From Marsupella aquatica (lineage: Eukaryota; Plantae; Marchantiophyta), in the NCBI GenBank assembly GCA_973895155.1, contig OZ316894.1, forward strand, positions 13,308,828-13,372,827: a stretch of 64,000 nt of DNA, read 5' to 3'. Made by a program: the position numbers and the translations under genes. Of this stretch, positions 24,900 to 39,844 are shown piece by piece (position 1 is the first letter of the stretch; the number at the start of each line of letters is the position of its first letter). The notes under the pieces were generated by a model that made no database searches, had not been told where the DNA came from, and was given only the letters and a program-made list of their open reading frames with translations.

Positions 24900-27800
24900 C
24901 CTTGAAGGTCAAAATTGAGTAGGATCTGACAAAATGCTATTGGAATATTACATGGTGAGATCAACAGTTCTAGATGATGTTTCCTTTGTGTGACACAAGC
25001 AATGTGTCAATTACACTTGATTAACTAGTAGACTAGGACATAAGGAACAATATGCATAGTGATTTAGCAATTATGATTAGGCTAAGAATAGGATAGCCAG
25101 CATAATGAGTATTGATTAAGATGCACACTATTAATTATGTCCATTTGTTGCACCCTGGTGGTGGTAGAGTGAAAGTTTGTTATGGCAAATTAGGCTTTGA
25201 CTCCAGGCAGTCACCTTAACTAGGAGATGGTGGCTGAGAGTATGAAGCAATGTCATGTCCAAGTTTCCTTGTGAGCGTCCATATGAACCCTTTCAATGAC
25301 TCGTCAGCTCATTTGTTACTTTGCACCTTGCCATCTTTTGCTTGGTCTAGCTTCCTCTCACGCTTACATTTGGCTGTCACTTGAGTACACATCTTTCTTC
25401 AAGGAAAACCAAAGGTTATTGCACATTGTAACAGAATCCATTGACATGCAATATAAGGCAATTGCTTGAGCTACCCACGAGACAAGTGCAGACCTACCAA
25501 GAGAGGAGGAGCAAGTGTTGCAAGGTGGAGGATCACTACCAACAAATAGTGAAGGTTAGTATGACCCTTACCGCTCTCAGATTTAATTTTAGACCCTATT
25601 TAGGGAAGTAGGAGCCAAGCCATCTTAGACTTATTGGTATTCTTGCCCCAAGAAGGTTGTTTACAAACAAAGCTACGCTAAGTGGTGATCAATTAAAGTA
25701 ACACAAATCAACTGCAATAAGGCACCTATCACAAAAGGTACAAAACCTGGGACTACATTACCAAGTTGTTCATCAACAAGGAAGGATTTTGGTCTATGGT
25801 AGAGGCAATTTTGGAGGTGCCGGCCAATTTTTACAAGTTGAAGGGTGGCCAAGACTGACCCAGGCAGAATGTGACCTAAAGGAGCATCACTTGGATAAAT
25901 TTGCTCACTTGAACTGGCTATATCTTGAGGATAAGTAAGGTGGGGAGGGTCTCAAGAACACAGTTTGCATGGCTACTTGCACCATAAGAACAAAGTCAAC
26001 TTGCTACAAACTGAACCTATTCATGGGATATCCCTATCATCTTGTAAGTGAATATGAGATCATAAGTCTTAGGCTCACATATTATTGGTTCAAATCAAAA
26101 CATTCAACTTGAAGTCCTGAGAATTATTTAGTTCTTACACCATATGGAAAACCAATATCCTTTTGTAAGTATGAATCTCTAAGGAGCTCTTACTCCCATG
26201 AGACCAAATCATTATATTTTAACTGACATTATACAACAAGAAAAAACCCCAAGAATCAAAGTGATCCCTCAAAATAAAAACATCCTAGCAAGACATAAAA
26301 TATTATCCATAAAAGTACTAAGTGGGATTGGTTTCCACTTCATTACTAATAACCCCACAAACTCCACCCCTCCTTGCTTACTCCTTACATACATCCTCCA
26401 ATGTTTCTCACTCCCAAACTGAGTGGAAAATTGGCCAGCGGTTCCGCACAAGAGTGAAGCCAACCCACTAAAAAGGCCAAGTTACTCATCCTCCAATGTT
26501 TCTCTTCCAAACCGAGTAGAAAATTGGCCAACGCTTTCACACAAGAATGGAAGGCAGCCAACATATCACATCTCACCTTCAATGCTCTGGTTGTTGGGCA
26601 AGGATTTCAAAAAAGGTGCCCCTTCCAAGCTACACACACCCCCAAGGCAAGACAAGCCCACACAAGTAGGTGAATGAACAAGTCAATTACAAAGATAGCT
26701 AGCTGCACTCAAGGTTGGACAACACACCTCCAAGCAAACATAAGCCAAATTCCTTCACATCTGTACTTCCCAAGGTCCTTCTTCTATCAAAGAAAGTACC
26801 TCCAAACTCTCAACTAGGCCTTTCAAACATTAGGCACCTAGAAAAGAGGTACTTTGGCTCTTTTACTCACTCTCGTGGCAATAGCTCTCTTCCTCACCTC
26901 CAAGCTCTCAACTTTGAGTAAGAATGAAGAATGGTTCCTCATTTCCCCCAAGCTACCCGTTAAGACCTTGGCCTACCTCCCCATCAAAATTCAAACCTTC
27001 CTCCTCCAACCCTCGGGGGGTCACTTTCATGGAAGTGGCATATCACGTGCGACGAAGTATAGGGCCATTTAAATGGTTTTGGTGGAAGACTTATTAAGTC
27101 TTCAATGGAAACATAGGGTTGTTTAATTACAAAATGCATACGTGTCATCACATGATTGGTGTCGTACAACTTTATAGAAAGTGACTTAGGGGGGTTATAA
27201 ATGACCCAAACCGTCGCACGTGATGTATGACCCTTCATATAGTGACCCCCCGAGCTCCAACCCACTTCTTTGCAGCCAAACACTTGGCAGTAATTAACTA
27301 GCAGCCTAACAACTGCCCGCCACTTCTCCACCATAAACCAAACACTAAATTAAGGTGAATCCTGAGCAAATAAGGACCAGCTAGTAGAAAAACCATGGAC
27401 CATTCCACACTCAACCTGAACTTGAGCTCTATCCACCCTCCAAGCCTTCCCAACACTGGTCAAGACCTAACTTGCAACCCAACTAGCTTTGCCACCTCTA
27501 TAAACTCAACCCACCCGATCAATTTCCAAAATTAGCAGATCTCCACCAAGGCAAGATTTGACTTTTCCCCCTAGCTTGAGTTGTTCTACTCAAGCTCAAG
27601 CTTCATCCCTAGCCATCATGCCAACACCAACACTTGTCTCCTTTTGAGTTGCATGCAAAGTAGAAATTACCACCATTTTGATTGAAATCCAATATTGAAT
27701 CATGGTTAAATTTGAGCAAGTAGGAGGCAGCCAACAAGCCATGCATGACCTACCCCTTCCTTTCTCAAACCAAAGCTACCACCTCACCACTAGAACAAGT

Positions 27801-28419
27801 AACCAGGGTTGTTTACCCCTTCAAAATAACTCTCCAACTCCAAAATAAGCCCAACGACAATCAAATGAAAAAATAGATAGCTAAGACTAAGCCAAAGATG
27901 CAACTAATGGGAGTTACTTCATCATCGCACCCATTAGACCTGAATTATTCTTGATGACTCAATGGCCGATAAATAATCCCGCTGACTCACTCTATTTTTT
28001 TGTTACTAAATATAGTAAAAACTGCCAAAAAAATTTGTCATTGGTCCATTTTGGTCAAACTCAACTTTGATGGAGAAAGGAACACCAATGGAATGCAGCC
28101 ATGTAGGACCTACAAACCAACTCCTCATTAGCTCAAAACTACTCTCATAATACCATTTTTTCACTTATATGGCACAAAAATGAAAAAGTTGCACATTTTA
28201 ATCTTTTTCTCCTCTTCTTTGCACAACCTAAATATGAGAATTTCTCCCAAGTTAGGAAGAAAAACCTCATGATAGCGACCTACCATATTGTGGGCACAAC
28301 AGATTTGAGAGTTCATTGAGAACTTTGATATCAAGACCTTGACTATAAGGGTGGTGGGACAAACCTTGTCCCTCAATGAGTACCGATTAGCCCTTATCTT
28401 TTCCCTGTCGGCAGGACCA

Positions 28420-28760
28420 ATGTTGGTGGAATTGAGGATTCACGATAAGGAGTATGTGCCCTGATATTTCAACCTGGCGGGTAAGACGGATAATGGATAC
28501 AAGCAGGGGTCGTGTACCAACCTGATCTGTATGGAGCGGCTCAACTTCATTAGGTCTACCCTGCACATGATTGAGCCTAGGTTTGAGATCTCCCTCTACA
28601 CCATTATGGAGGTGGAGCAATACAAGAATTAGAACTGGGCGCAATTCTTTAGCCGTTGATTCTTGGGGGAGCTGAAGTAGGCTAAGACCGGTCTGCATAT
28701 TGGAGGAAAGACATTCCTTGGCAGCCACATCATGATCATCCTTGAGTAGTTTGGGCAAAG
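28420..28760 (+). pseudogene. Fragment of a TE accessory protein family
   Basis: Translation through stops, EPRFEISLYTIMEVEQYKNxNWAQFFSRxFLGELKxAKTGLHIGGKTFLGSHI, aligns by eye with 52009-52170. Confidence 0.5.
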
Positions 28761-31700
28761 GCGCGAGGCCAAGGGTAAGAGTATTGCTACCTTGCCTCAA
28801 CCGGCGTCCACCCCGTCACCAACACACGGGCATCCCGACTACCATGACCAGTGCAGACAAAGCTCCTAGTCTGCTGCCTCTCACTCCCCCAGCTACTATG
28901 TTTGAGTTGCAGAACTTGATTACCTTAACACTTAGCTCCGACGTTGTTGACTTTGATGCCAAGCTCCTCTATGGTCCAAGCCCCCGGAACGGCCATCCGG
29001 TGGGGACTAAGTATGGGGAGACTAGTGGGCAACAAGGCCCACTAGCAAGGGCAAGGTGCTAAGTTGGTGATGCACATTAAGGACTTGATGCACATTAAGG
29101 ACTTAGACTGGCTTGCGGCTAGTTGGGTCACGTGGAAGGGTAGGGCTCAAGGTGGACGGTCCAGACCCCCGGACGGACTTTGAATTAAGAGGGCTTGAGT
29201 GAGAGCTCCTCTTGGGCCCAAGACTCATGAAGTTTACTTCATGCGCAACAAACACTTGGTGCATGAGATACAACCCGGCCCAAGTGCGACCGCCCGAGAC
29301 ACCCAAGTGACAACGGGTTCTTAGGTCCTAGGCACGAGCATTGGGTTGGCCCGATTACAACAGGCTGAGACACTCCATTGTTGTCGGGTCTGATTATGAA
29401 GGAGGGAAAGGAAATACCTTGTTTCTAAATTGGAGTTGCTTGAAGGTGATTTGTGTTTTTGAGTCTAAGGGTTTTTGTTAGAAAAGAACAGCAATAGGAC
29501 ATAAGATAAATAAAGGAAGAAGAATTTAGCTTAGGCTAAATGGATTTTATGGCAGATTATTGTGGTAGTGACACGTGGTGGCTTGAAGGATTCAAAAAAT
29601 TCATAAGTACAGGCAGTTGTTTGTTAGGAGGCAGACGTTAGAGTGGACTTTGGGGAGAGAAGTTGATGGTAGTGGCCGCGCACTATGTGGTTTGGGAGGA
29701 GCCCGTGCATGTTGTTGAGTAACTGTTGATTTGGTTTTTTTGAGTGAAAAGGATGAAGCAGACAAATGAAAGATGGAAGGCTATGGTGAATGAGGGAGGT
29801 AGATTGGGAGTACCAGGGAGCAAAGCAGACATAATACTAAGGGGAGGAGAAACAATCACAATCTGATGAAGTGGGCGAAGGGGCGGAACGTTTGTTGTGT
29901 GTGGGAATTTTGGTTGAAGTAGGCAAATGAGGAATGGGAGGCTGTGGTGGATGCAAAGATAACCAGAGAACAGGGCGAAGGAGGCAGGCTAAGGTTCGAG
30001 AAGGAGTTTGAAGTGCGTTGTGGTTGTTGTTGGGGATTCTTTTTGGGCAATTGAAGAGCGAAAGAGCATGGTATCATTTAGGGAGAATCAAGGAAGGATA
30101 AAAATTCATCGTTGCAGGCAAAGAAGAAACCCGGAAGGGAGAGTAGAATGTTTAGGGGTGGAGAGTACTGTATGTGTTTGAAAGATAAAGACTGAGTGTT
30201 GGAGAGTGAAGAGTTATGGTGAAGGTGTTCTTGGACGAAGACTTGTGAATCAGGAGTTTAACTATTTTGAATCAGAGCTGAAAACATTGAACGAATGAAT
30301 TCCAGGAAGAGTTGTTGACGTTAAAATCATAAGAAAAGAGGATCGGTGGCTAAGGAGCATTTGTTTCAATCCGCGGAGTGTAAAGGAATTTTCAAAAGAA
30401 AGGAGTTGACAAAAGTCAGAGAGCGATGATAGTGGTATAAGAATTCAATGATGGTAATGTGGAATGACTCACTAGAGACTTTAGTAGGAAATGCATCAGT
30501 TTTTTGCTTTGGAGTAGTAATAACATAGTTGTAGTGATGAGCAGAGTTATTAGGTTTCGGGTAACTTAATAACTAGGGAAATAGAGTAGGGAAATAAATT
30601 GAGGGGGAAGACATTTTTCTCTAAAAAGTATCAAGAGTTGAGTAAGTTATTCGGTAAGGGCAAAAAGAAGTTACGGTAGTCGGCAAGTCAGGCCGGAGGA
30701 ATGACCGATACTTTCAAGCAACATGTTTTGCTAAGACTCACCTTGTAGGTGATAGGTAATCCCAAGACCACACATAAAAGTTATGAAGTCAAGTGGGGTC
30801 TTAACCCAGGAGTTCAGAGTATTTTGGCAGAACTTAAAGTTACCAAATAGCGAGTCCCAAGAAAAATAGTTGATGGGGAAATGTAGGGGCTCCAAGTTGG
30901 GAAGTGTGTTAAATATGGTCTCCTCTATCTTTGGAACCTTGTGGAAGAACTTGGTTACCTTTGGTTACTTTTTGGGAGCATCTCAAAGTTGAGAAGAATT
31001 TTGGAAAATATAATAATTACCCCTCTTGACCTAATTATAGAAAATTACTTATAGGGTTTTGTTTAGATATTAGTAAACCAGGACATATTTCTATGTCCAT
31101 AGAATCTGTGTATCTACTCAGAAGTCCTTTTGGACTCATGGGTGATTTTTTGGGGCGGTCCAAAACAGCCACGGAATGCTGTTTTTTCCAAAAAAATCCG
31201 GAAATTTTCAAAGTGTTGGAACGACGACGCACAATATAAGCCACAACTCAAGCAGGAGGCCGGTGAGAAAGTCAAACACAAGAGGCTGTCCAGAGATGTT
31301 GCGTGTTGCTTGAGGTGCCAATTGAGCACAAGGGCGGCCGAATTGAAGGAAGGGCCGCTTGAATTGACTTGGATGCATGCTGCAAATCAAGTGAAGTGAG
31401 GGTTGGCGTTAAGTTGAGAAGGTAGGGGATTGAATTGAGAAGCTGCCCCACAAGATGTTGGGCTAGTGAATTGAAGGGGCAGCCTGGGAGAAAGTAGCTT
31501 CAAATCCTAAGGACCTAGATTGCAAATAGAACGTGCTGCTCCCGGGAACAAATGTTGCTTGAATTGGAAAGTTGTGAAGGAGCTATTAAATCAGGATAGC
31601 TGTGAAATTGAGAGGGCTGACTCCTGGAGAATGGAGCTATTGCTGGCTACACTAGGTGTGCTATAGTCAGCCTGCTAATTGAGTGAAGGGCGCAGCTATA

Positions 31701-32546
31701 GAATTCAAGATCAATGCAGCGATTAGAAGTGCTGCCTCCCAAATCAATTTGTGAGCTATGAATTGAAGAAGCTATGGATAACTGCAAAATTGACCAGAAG
31801 AGCTACGAATTGAGATGCTAGCTGCAAGCTATGGAGGACTATGGCAAGTTGCTGACCAACAACACGAGATTCATGTTGTTGCTTCATCCACGATCCTGTT
31901 GTGAGAAGAAACAAGCCATCTCCTTAGTGTCGTGCGAGAGTGCATGGTTATCATCGCCCATCACCATGCCCTGTGCACACCCGCTAGGATATTATGGTAG
32001 TTTAGGTTCATCGCTTAGAGGCCATATATGCAAGCTAAACCCTAAACCCTAAGCTATAATAGATATGCTTGGTGTTCTCTAAACAAGCATTCTCCTCTTA
32101 GTAGCACTTTGGGCAATGTTCTTGTAGCAAACCCTGGTTGTTCTTGAAGCAAATAGTCATTGTTAGGAGCACTCCAGAGCCAACATACTTAGATTGCTCA
32201 TTGCACATTCACTTCAGTTTTTCTTGAGTCTTAGCTTTAGCATTGCAAGCACTTGGCTATGGCAGCACACTCCATGGCACCTCCGCACATTTGAGGATTG
32301 GCTATGACTCTTTAGATGCTCCCAGCACATCATGGCATGCTGCTGGTTTTCCTATGTACTACTCACTCTACATGCTACATACGTATTATACAGGGGTTTA
32401 CTTTCATGCCCCAACATTTCTTCATCTTGGTGCTAATGGACAACCATGTATCATCTTTCTGGTTTTCTATTTTGTTGTGTTACTTGGATGCATATGATAC
32501 ATGTCTTGATATCTTATGCTACCGACTCTATATGTCACGACAGCCA

Positions 32547-34270
32547 CACTAGTAGAAACCGGGGTGTTTTATGACTAAGTTTTACGACTGCCCATGACTC
32601 CAACTATAGCTCCTTGATGGCAAACCGCAGGCTCTTCCCGGTTCTTCAACCAAAAACTCACCCAAAACACACCCTTGCAATGTCCTGAGTTAGTTGCAAC
32701 AACTCCAATCTAGCTTGCAGCTGCCAATCCGTTCCCTCCGCCCTCCTTGCCAATGCCAACTCCCAATAGCAATGAGGCTTGTTCAGCTGACCTCCTTTGT
32801 AGGAGCTCCCAACTCCCAAAGTGAAACCGTCACTACTTGCAGCTACGAAAAACGGTCCCTGGACCTTGTCGCTGCCAATGTGCGTCGTGCGCTCAGTTCT
32901 CCTCCCCACCAAGAACTGAAGAAGGATCGGCTTCAACTATAACTTCAACTCCAATGCCCAAGAAGATTGATGAGCTCCTTAGTCAAAGACGCAGCTGGAA
33001 GGGTATGCACGCACTTACAGTTCACTAAGCTCCAATGCCCGGGACGATTGAGGAGCTGCTCCTGAGACTGGTCGTAGCTTGAACGGTAAGACCACAGGAA
33101 TCCCGCGTACGTTGTTCGAGCTCACAATACGCTTGGAAGAGAGGATAGTAGTAGACTTCACCCTAAGCAATGAGATTAGACAGCATCGGGCTTTGATCCT
33201 AAGTCTTTACGCCTCCCACACAGGTCCCGCATTAGTAAAGCTTGTGCAGTGCCTTCCGCAGCAGTAGCAAAACTCCCGACTGACTCCCTCCTTCCGCAGC
33301 AGTAGTGATCACCTCCCTTGAAGCAGCTGTGAATGCACTCTACTTGCAATGGAAGACTCCAATATGTCCATCACGCAGCGATGGAAGCCACAACAATGGG
33401 AGCACGCATGGACGGGACCCACACCACCACAATGAGCTCGTAAACATCGAGGGAAAGTGAAGGAAATACGCACCCTAGCCAGCCGCAAGGATGCACTTTT
33501 GCCTTGGTGTCTGCAAACTCTCCCGGGACCCGATCGAAGGAAGCTCAGACATGTGTGACTAAACGGGATGTGCGACTAAACGGGACTCGGGAACGGAAAA
33601 GTTTGACCTGATGGTGGCGATCAACTCCATCCAATGGTGCGTGTCCTCCGATTAAACCCCCTCCCCCTTGAGATCGATATAACCCCCCCACCCTTGTGAT
33701 ATAACCCCCCTAAACCCCCTTTAGGTGTCTTGCTAAAACCCCCCCTAAACTTTGGCAGGAAGGGTTACATGCATGTGGATGAGTTAGGCCTAAACTGCAC
33801 TTCATGTAACACAAAACCACAAAAAAGCCTCCCTAGCAAACCCTTATGCCCCTGCATATAGTTCAGTCAATGGTTGTGTAAAGCGTAATCCCATGGCTCA
33901 GAATGTGTATGGGATCGGGTAAATTTCCTTTAACCAGGCATATGGCACCTACATTATTTAAAAAAGTGTTCAATGGCCACAATGAAAATTAATGGACAAG
34001 TCAATTTTGTTGACTAAATTGGACTTGGCTTACTATTGGCCATTGTCTTATGTTGACTAAGTATGACTATGTAGTCATACTTGAATGACTCATTCAATAG
34101 ATCATGATTTTTAAAAAGTTCAATGGTCTTAAGTTGTCATAAACATGACTACTGATGACTATCGAGTCTTATGGCGTCTCAAAAATAAGACTGATGTTCA
34201 AAGGTTGCACTTGCGTGGTCACCCCAGTCACAAGTGGTCTGGTCACGAAATGCCCCGGTTTCTACTAGTG
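32547..34270. mobile_element. Non-autonomous CACTA (En/Spm) element, 1724 bp
   Basis: Perfect 18-bp TIR CACTAGTAGAAACCGGGG / CCCCGGTTTCTACTAGTG and 3-bp TSD CCA (32544-32546, 34271-34273). Confidence 0.95.
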
Positions 34271-36105
34271 CCAGCAAATTTGCATAAGGATTGCAATGTC
34301 AGGATTGAAGGATGCTTACTGACCGAAGGGAATATTCGTGCACTCCTGTGCGACCTCATGGATGACAAACTCCTTGGTGTGTGTCAAACACAAGTGCAGG
34401 GTCGACAGTGGGAGACTGCGGGGTTGGCTGGGCACTCTCCCGCCCAGATTTTGAAAAGACGGACGGGGACAAAAAGGTTCCGTCATCCTCACTGCCAGAA
34501 CACAAACCAACGTTCGTTGCTTTGGTCGGGCAGGCTGCATTGGGCTTAGGGACGGGCAGCGTACGGTGGCCCACTAATTGGACAGCATTAAGTTGACGTA
34601 GATTTAACTCAGGGTTATTTCTTCCCTCCCTTGCACCGCATGCTTTGGAATGTGTACTTAATGACAGGTCACAGGCTTTGGGATTAATTTGAGCTTTTTC
34701 CTTTGTCTTTACTACCTCTTATATATTTTTTGGTGAGGTGGGGGAGTGGAACGAATGGTGAGGTGAGGTGTGAGGTGTGGGAATGGGAGGAAAGCATTTA
34801 GTTTGGTTTTTTGCAAATCCTTGCCACTTCAGACTTCAACTGGGGCCGGCCGGAGTGGAGGGAGTGTTTTAATAGGAGGGATAATAAGGACAAGAGGGCT
34901 TGTCTTTTGAGGGACATTAATTTTTTATTTATATCCTGGGGTAAATAAGGTGTTTATAACACAAAAATAAAAATTAGTTCATATTTTTTATGAAGCAAAA
35001 ATATGTCATTTAACATTATAAAATAGAATCTTCATAGAATATTTCTTTCTAACATAGAGTATTTTAATTAGGTTAGGATCACATGTGGTGGATGAAAAAC
35101 TTCTTACACTAAGTTAACCCAGCCAAGTGATATTACTATACATTATGTACCTATCTTGAGAGCTTCATATGCCAGCATTGTTGTTGTTGTGTTGGGGAGA
35201 GTTGGAATTGGAAGTTCCAAGATGCATGGTCCTCTTGTTTGAATGGTTGGATAGATTTATAACACAAACTGGATAGAGTATGGGGACTTACTTCCGATGT
35301 GCAGGAGGATTCCTCCTCTTTTTCAATGTTGTCAACCTCACTGGGAATTGAGGCAATCTTGTTAAGCCCCTTCACACTGGCCTTTGGTGTTAGGATGGTC
35401 AGGATAAGAAACCTCAATCTTACATTCAGCCCAACAAGGTGGTTGATTTCCTTATTGTCTTGTCTCTCTCCAATTTTGTGAGAACAGCAAATACGATGTC
35501 CAAGAATAAGACAATTTGAGGCAAAGAAGGTGGACCAAACTCTGGTCTTCAAACCTCTCAACCAAAGGGAAGTCATTCTTGTTGCAGATTATTGCTTAAG
35601 GTCTCTTCACTACCCATGTGTGCAAGAATTAGGAAGGAGAAAGGTGATTGCCATTTTCCCCTGGGATCAGTGAAAATCATCCCTCACCCTTTTTTTTGTT
35701 TTTGGGGAGGGGGGGGGGGGGGGGAGAGGGGGTTGTATACATGCTCGGAGATGTTGGTCTGTTGCTATCTCTTTTTGACTGGCAGATCCAACTCTCCACC
35801 TTTAATTTACTTCTCTTCTTGGACTCATCCTTGGACAATCGATCTTAACTCGGACAGACTGAATCCTACTTTCTGTTGGGAAATATTGCACAACATAGTG
35901 TCACATGGAACAAGTGTATAACATATAATAGACATTTACACAAAATTAAGTGGTTCACCTTGTCTAGGCTATGTCCATGACCCATAGAAGAAATCACTAT
36001 TGCAACGATGATAACTGAAATTGATAAATGAAATGACCCTACCACCACAATCACAACCAGACCAAAACAAGAGCACTTCCCCAACCACACGTGACATTGA
36101 GATAA

Positions 36106-36513
36106 CTAGCCCCAACTCCCCATTTTTTGAATGTGAATAGTGGGCAGTACAATAAAATTGTCACCAAAATATATTCCTTATTCATATACTTTTGAAGGTT
36201 AATAAAATGATATAACAATTATCATGCATGTCATCATTTTAATAATTATAAATAACATATCATACTATTTTCTATGCACATCCCTCTTTCTATACATGGG
36301 GGGCCATAGAGCTCATTTTTTCATATAAATAAAAATTATGACAAAAAATATACATGATTATCATTTGATATATATCATAGTCATGAGTTTTCACATCATG
36401 GAGTTGAGGTTTCACTCTAGAAGTTTAGGCCCCTTAAGGTTTAGAGTTTTCACTCTAGAAGCTTAGGCCCTAGGCCCCAATTCCAACTTGCAGTTGGTGC
36501 TTTATAAATAAGA
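36106..36513 (-). mobile_element. Short non-autonomous Helitron-like element, relative of 16034-16330
   Basis: Shared internal sequence and the same CTAG / TC termini at an A|T site. Confidence 0.6.
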
Positions 36514-37465
36514 TAGCCCCATGCCTGTGCGTTGCACAAAAGATGTTGAGGCGAGGAAAATATGCTATGATGAAAAAAGATGTCGATGAGAAAAAAGGAA
36601 GTTGAGGAGGAAAAAAGAAGTTGAGGTGAAAAAAGATGGTGAGGTGAGGAAAGGGTGTTGAGATGAAAAAATATATCGATGAGAGAAAAAGAAGTCGAGG
36701 TGAAGAAAAGTTGTTGGGGAGAGAAATGATGGCAAAGTGAGAAAAAGATGTAAAAATGAGGAAAATATGTTGAGGAAAGAAATGTTGAACATGAGGGAAA
36801 GATGTTGCAGTGAGATAAAGATGTCAAGGGGAGAAAATATGTCAAGTGAGGAAAAAATGTCATGGTGAGGTAAAGATGTGAATGTGAGAAAAATGGCAAA
36901 ATGAGAAAAAGATGTTGAAAAGCAATACATATGTAAAGATTAGAAAAATATCTGCAAGTGAAAAAAGATGCTAAGGAGACATATAAAAGAGCTTTGCCAT
37001 GTAGTTGTTGGTATTGGTGCAATTGTGGCCATACAATTGTTGTGGTTGTGTTCTGTAACTCGTGTTGCACATAAAAATTGGAGAAGTGAGATAACGACCA
37101 CTGCATCATAGAATCTAACCAAGTGACAGGAAAAATGTGTTTTTTAATTAAACTTTTCAATATGTAGAGAAATAAGCAATTTTCTGTGCTTTATTTACAT
37201 TCCATTTAAAAAAATAGAAATTTTATCCCCATCTTTCTAAATATAAATACAGTTGATTATTTAAAGTTAAGTTATTATCTTGGGTAGGTGCAGGCAGGCT
37301 AAATTGTAGTTAGGGTAAACATTTATTTGAAATGGTGTGTATGGATAGATCTGAAAGTGAAAAAAACATTATTTTGATAAAGGTCTAAGATTGATTCACA
37401 TTTTTTTATGAGTTTGGAAAAGAACTATTTCATCTTCTTGGTAGAATAGGGTATTATATGGGAGA
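36514..37465 (-). mobile_element. Non-autonomous Helitron with an internal degenerate purine-rich minisatellite
   Basis: GTGCGTTGCAC hairpin near the 3-prime end, AAAAGATGTTGAGGTGAG-type repeats, homology to 49969-51431. Confidence 0.65.
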
Positions 37466-39844
37466 CACTCGTTTCCCCCTATCATTACATCAAAGATACA
37501 TTAAAAGGGAAAATCAAATTTTAGCTTTTTGAGAAAGAACAAACAAACAAAACTGCAAAATTCCCTTCCCACTAATAATATATTGTTCAAAATTATCTAA
37601 ACCCATTTAGCTGGAGAGTATTTCTAATTATACATCTATTTTCTTCCAATAACACAAACTACTTTCGCATCTAATGATTGCATAGAATATTAAATATTCA
37701 TATGTGACAAAAAATTATGTTGTACCTGTTAGGTGTTCACTCACAATTATTATCACCTAGGTACCTTATTGTCTTGTTTGCTTTGGTTACATTCATTTGT
37801 ACAAATGATCAAAGGTGGGAATAAAGGATAACATAAATCCCAGGGTGAGCCAATGTTCCCACCAAATCTCATTTTGTAAAGGGGCTATTGACTACTTTTG
37901 GCGGGATACAGTATTATATATGTACTGTAGATTTGGACGGGCAGGTTAGTACTCAGTAGTAACCATTACTTTGGGGGTAGTTAAAAGGTGTCACAGTGTT
38001 CGTAAACTTGTGGCACTGACACCTTGTTCCAGATTTGTCTCGTTCCCGTTCCGTGTGTTCATACTCAATTTTGTTATATTCAACTCCTTTTTTGTTGGAT
38101 CCTCAAAAAATCGATTTGTTCAATCATGTGTCGTTTCGCGGCTCCACACACCGTTATGTATAAAGTGAGATGGTCATCTCCGTCGCATGGATTTCTTTTG
38201 ATGATCAGGCGGGCTTGCATTTACTGAGAGTTTGTGTTGCTGCCAGTCTCCATAACCTTCGTTAGAAATAGTTGCAAAGACACCTCGACCCTTAGTGAAG
38301 TGTTCTCATCTGCCTGCCTGATTGTCGGTGCGAAAGATCCGAAGTACGACGCCAAATTGGGCTTTCCAGGTTGAATTGGCAATGCCAGCATCTGTCTGTC
38401 TCAAACAACGGGTCAATCTCGTGATAGGGATTAGGGTTTATGAGTTGGTTTGTCCTATTCTGATTTGCTAGGGTTTTTTCTCGTGTCTCCAGGCAGTGAT
38501 CTCTACTAACTCACTCTTTCTATGTTAGTGTACTCTCAAATTCTACCTCCTGACATTAGAATGGTGTATGGCAGGAGACCTAGGTTTTATTTTATGGCAA
38601 TGCTTGTTTCTACTACTTGGTTTCCTCTTCAATTTGTGGACTTTTGCCTCAGTAGTGTCAGTTAATTAAGGCACCTATGATCTGTTCGAATGAAGATTGG
38701 ATGAAGTAGTATCGCTTTGATGGTTTGATCGTGAAGCTAGCACTGTCCAGGCATTTAGGAGGTCTTGTGTGCTATATGCCTTGGGAGAAGCTCTTTCATC
38801 GCTTGTTCCGGGTGTCTGGATACGCGATTTAATGATTACCTACAGCCTTTGACGAAAGGGTAGAGATTTTGCCATGCCGAGAATTTTATCAGTATGAACC
38901 AGCTTCGGAATTTAAGTCTTTGATCCGCAAGTTAAATAATTGGGGTATATCGTAGGTAGAATTTAGGAGAATGTTACACTTTGATCACTTGATAAGATTT
39001 TTGCGCTGAAAAATTCGAGTGGCCTGTCTCGAACGCCTTTGACGTTGGCTCCTTGGCTTACTATTTGCGGGAATTTAAGAACCCAATCTGCAGCAAGTCT
39101 TGATCGAGTAGTAGCAACTTGTGGACATGTCAGTGGACACATGCTTTTCTGCTCACCTTTGTCTTCCCTTGTCCAGGTTTAAGCAGTCTCTACACACGCA
39201 TTGTGATAGACCGATTCTTATTTTATAAGTGGGCAAAGGTATCCAGAGTTTTTGCATCTCCGAGTCATCTCTGAAATTGTGAGTGATATTGTTGATTGCA
39301 CCCGATTTGTGGCAGTTTTTTTCACTCCCTTTTCAGCCCATTAATTTCCGAGCTACTACACCACGGATATAACCATGCGGGTAGTCAGACCTTGTCCTTG
39401 TAGAGACAGCGCAGGAGGTCTTGGAGTATAAGTATCAAGTGCGCTTCGAATTCATCAAATACAACGCCTCTGTCGATTGATTTGTTGCACTTGCGGTTCT
39501 CATTGCGGTTCTCACTTTCCCTCGCAAGCACTGTTTCCTGTCTTGGTGATGTTTGGGTTATTGCAACTGAACAGGGAATGCGCAACTTCCCAGCTTTTGA
39601 TCCCGAAACATTCCGCCTCTCAGTAGCTGGAACGTCAGTCAGACTTTGCTATCATATGAGTCGGAGTAAATGCTGTTCCACACACTTGCGTGTGTCGCGA
39701 AAGGAGTTGTGATTCGGTGAGGTTCATGATCTTCATTCACCACAGGTGGCCTACTTGTCTGCCAGCAATCGACTGCGCAGGCCTTGCCTTGCGCCTTGCC
39801 TTGCGCCTTGCCTTGTCAAAATCTGCTTATCTCTAGACGGGGCG

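Noticed and set aside
32036-32052. Telomere or interstitial telomeric array (also ~2921, ~24221, ~48990)
   Set aside because: Only about two TTTAGGG units each, which is common in plant promoters and TEs.
25300-32500. Specific gene calls in this interval, apart from the 28420 fragment
   Set aside because: Looks like heavily decayed repeat DNA; no motif could be supported with confidence.
35151-35576. Possible hAT dimerisation-domain remnant (RVWSTFF...NHLV..NVRLR)
   Set aside because: Similarity is too weak by eye, and no other hAT motifs or termini were found.
36450-37160. 236-aa and 121-aa ORFs as real genes
   Set aside because: They are F/S/H/L-rich translations of the purine-rich minisatellite inside a Helitron.
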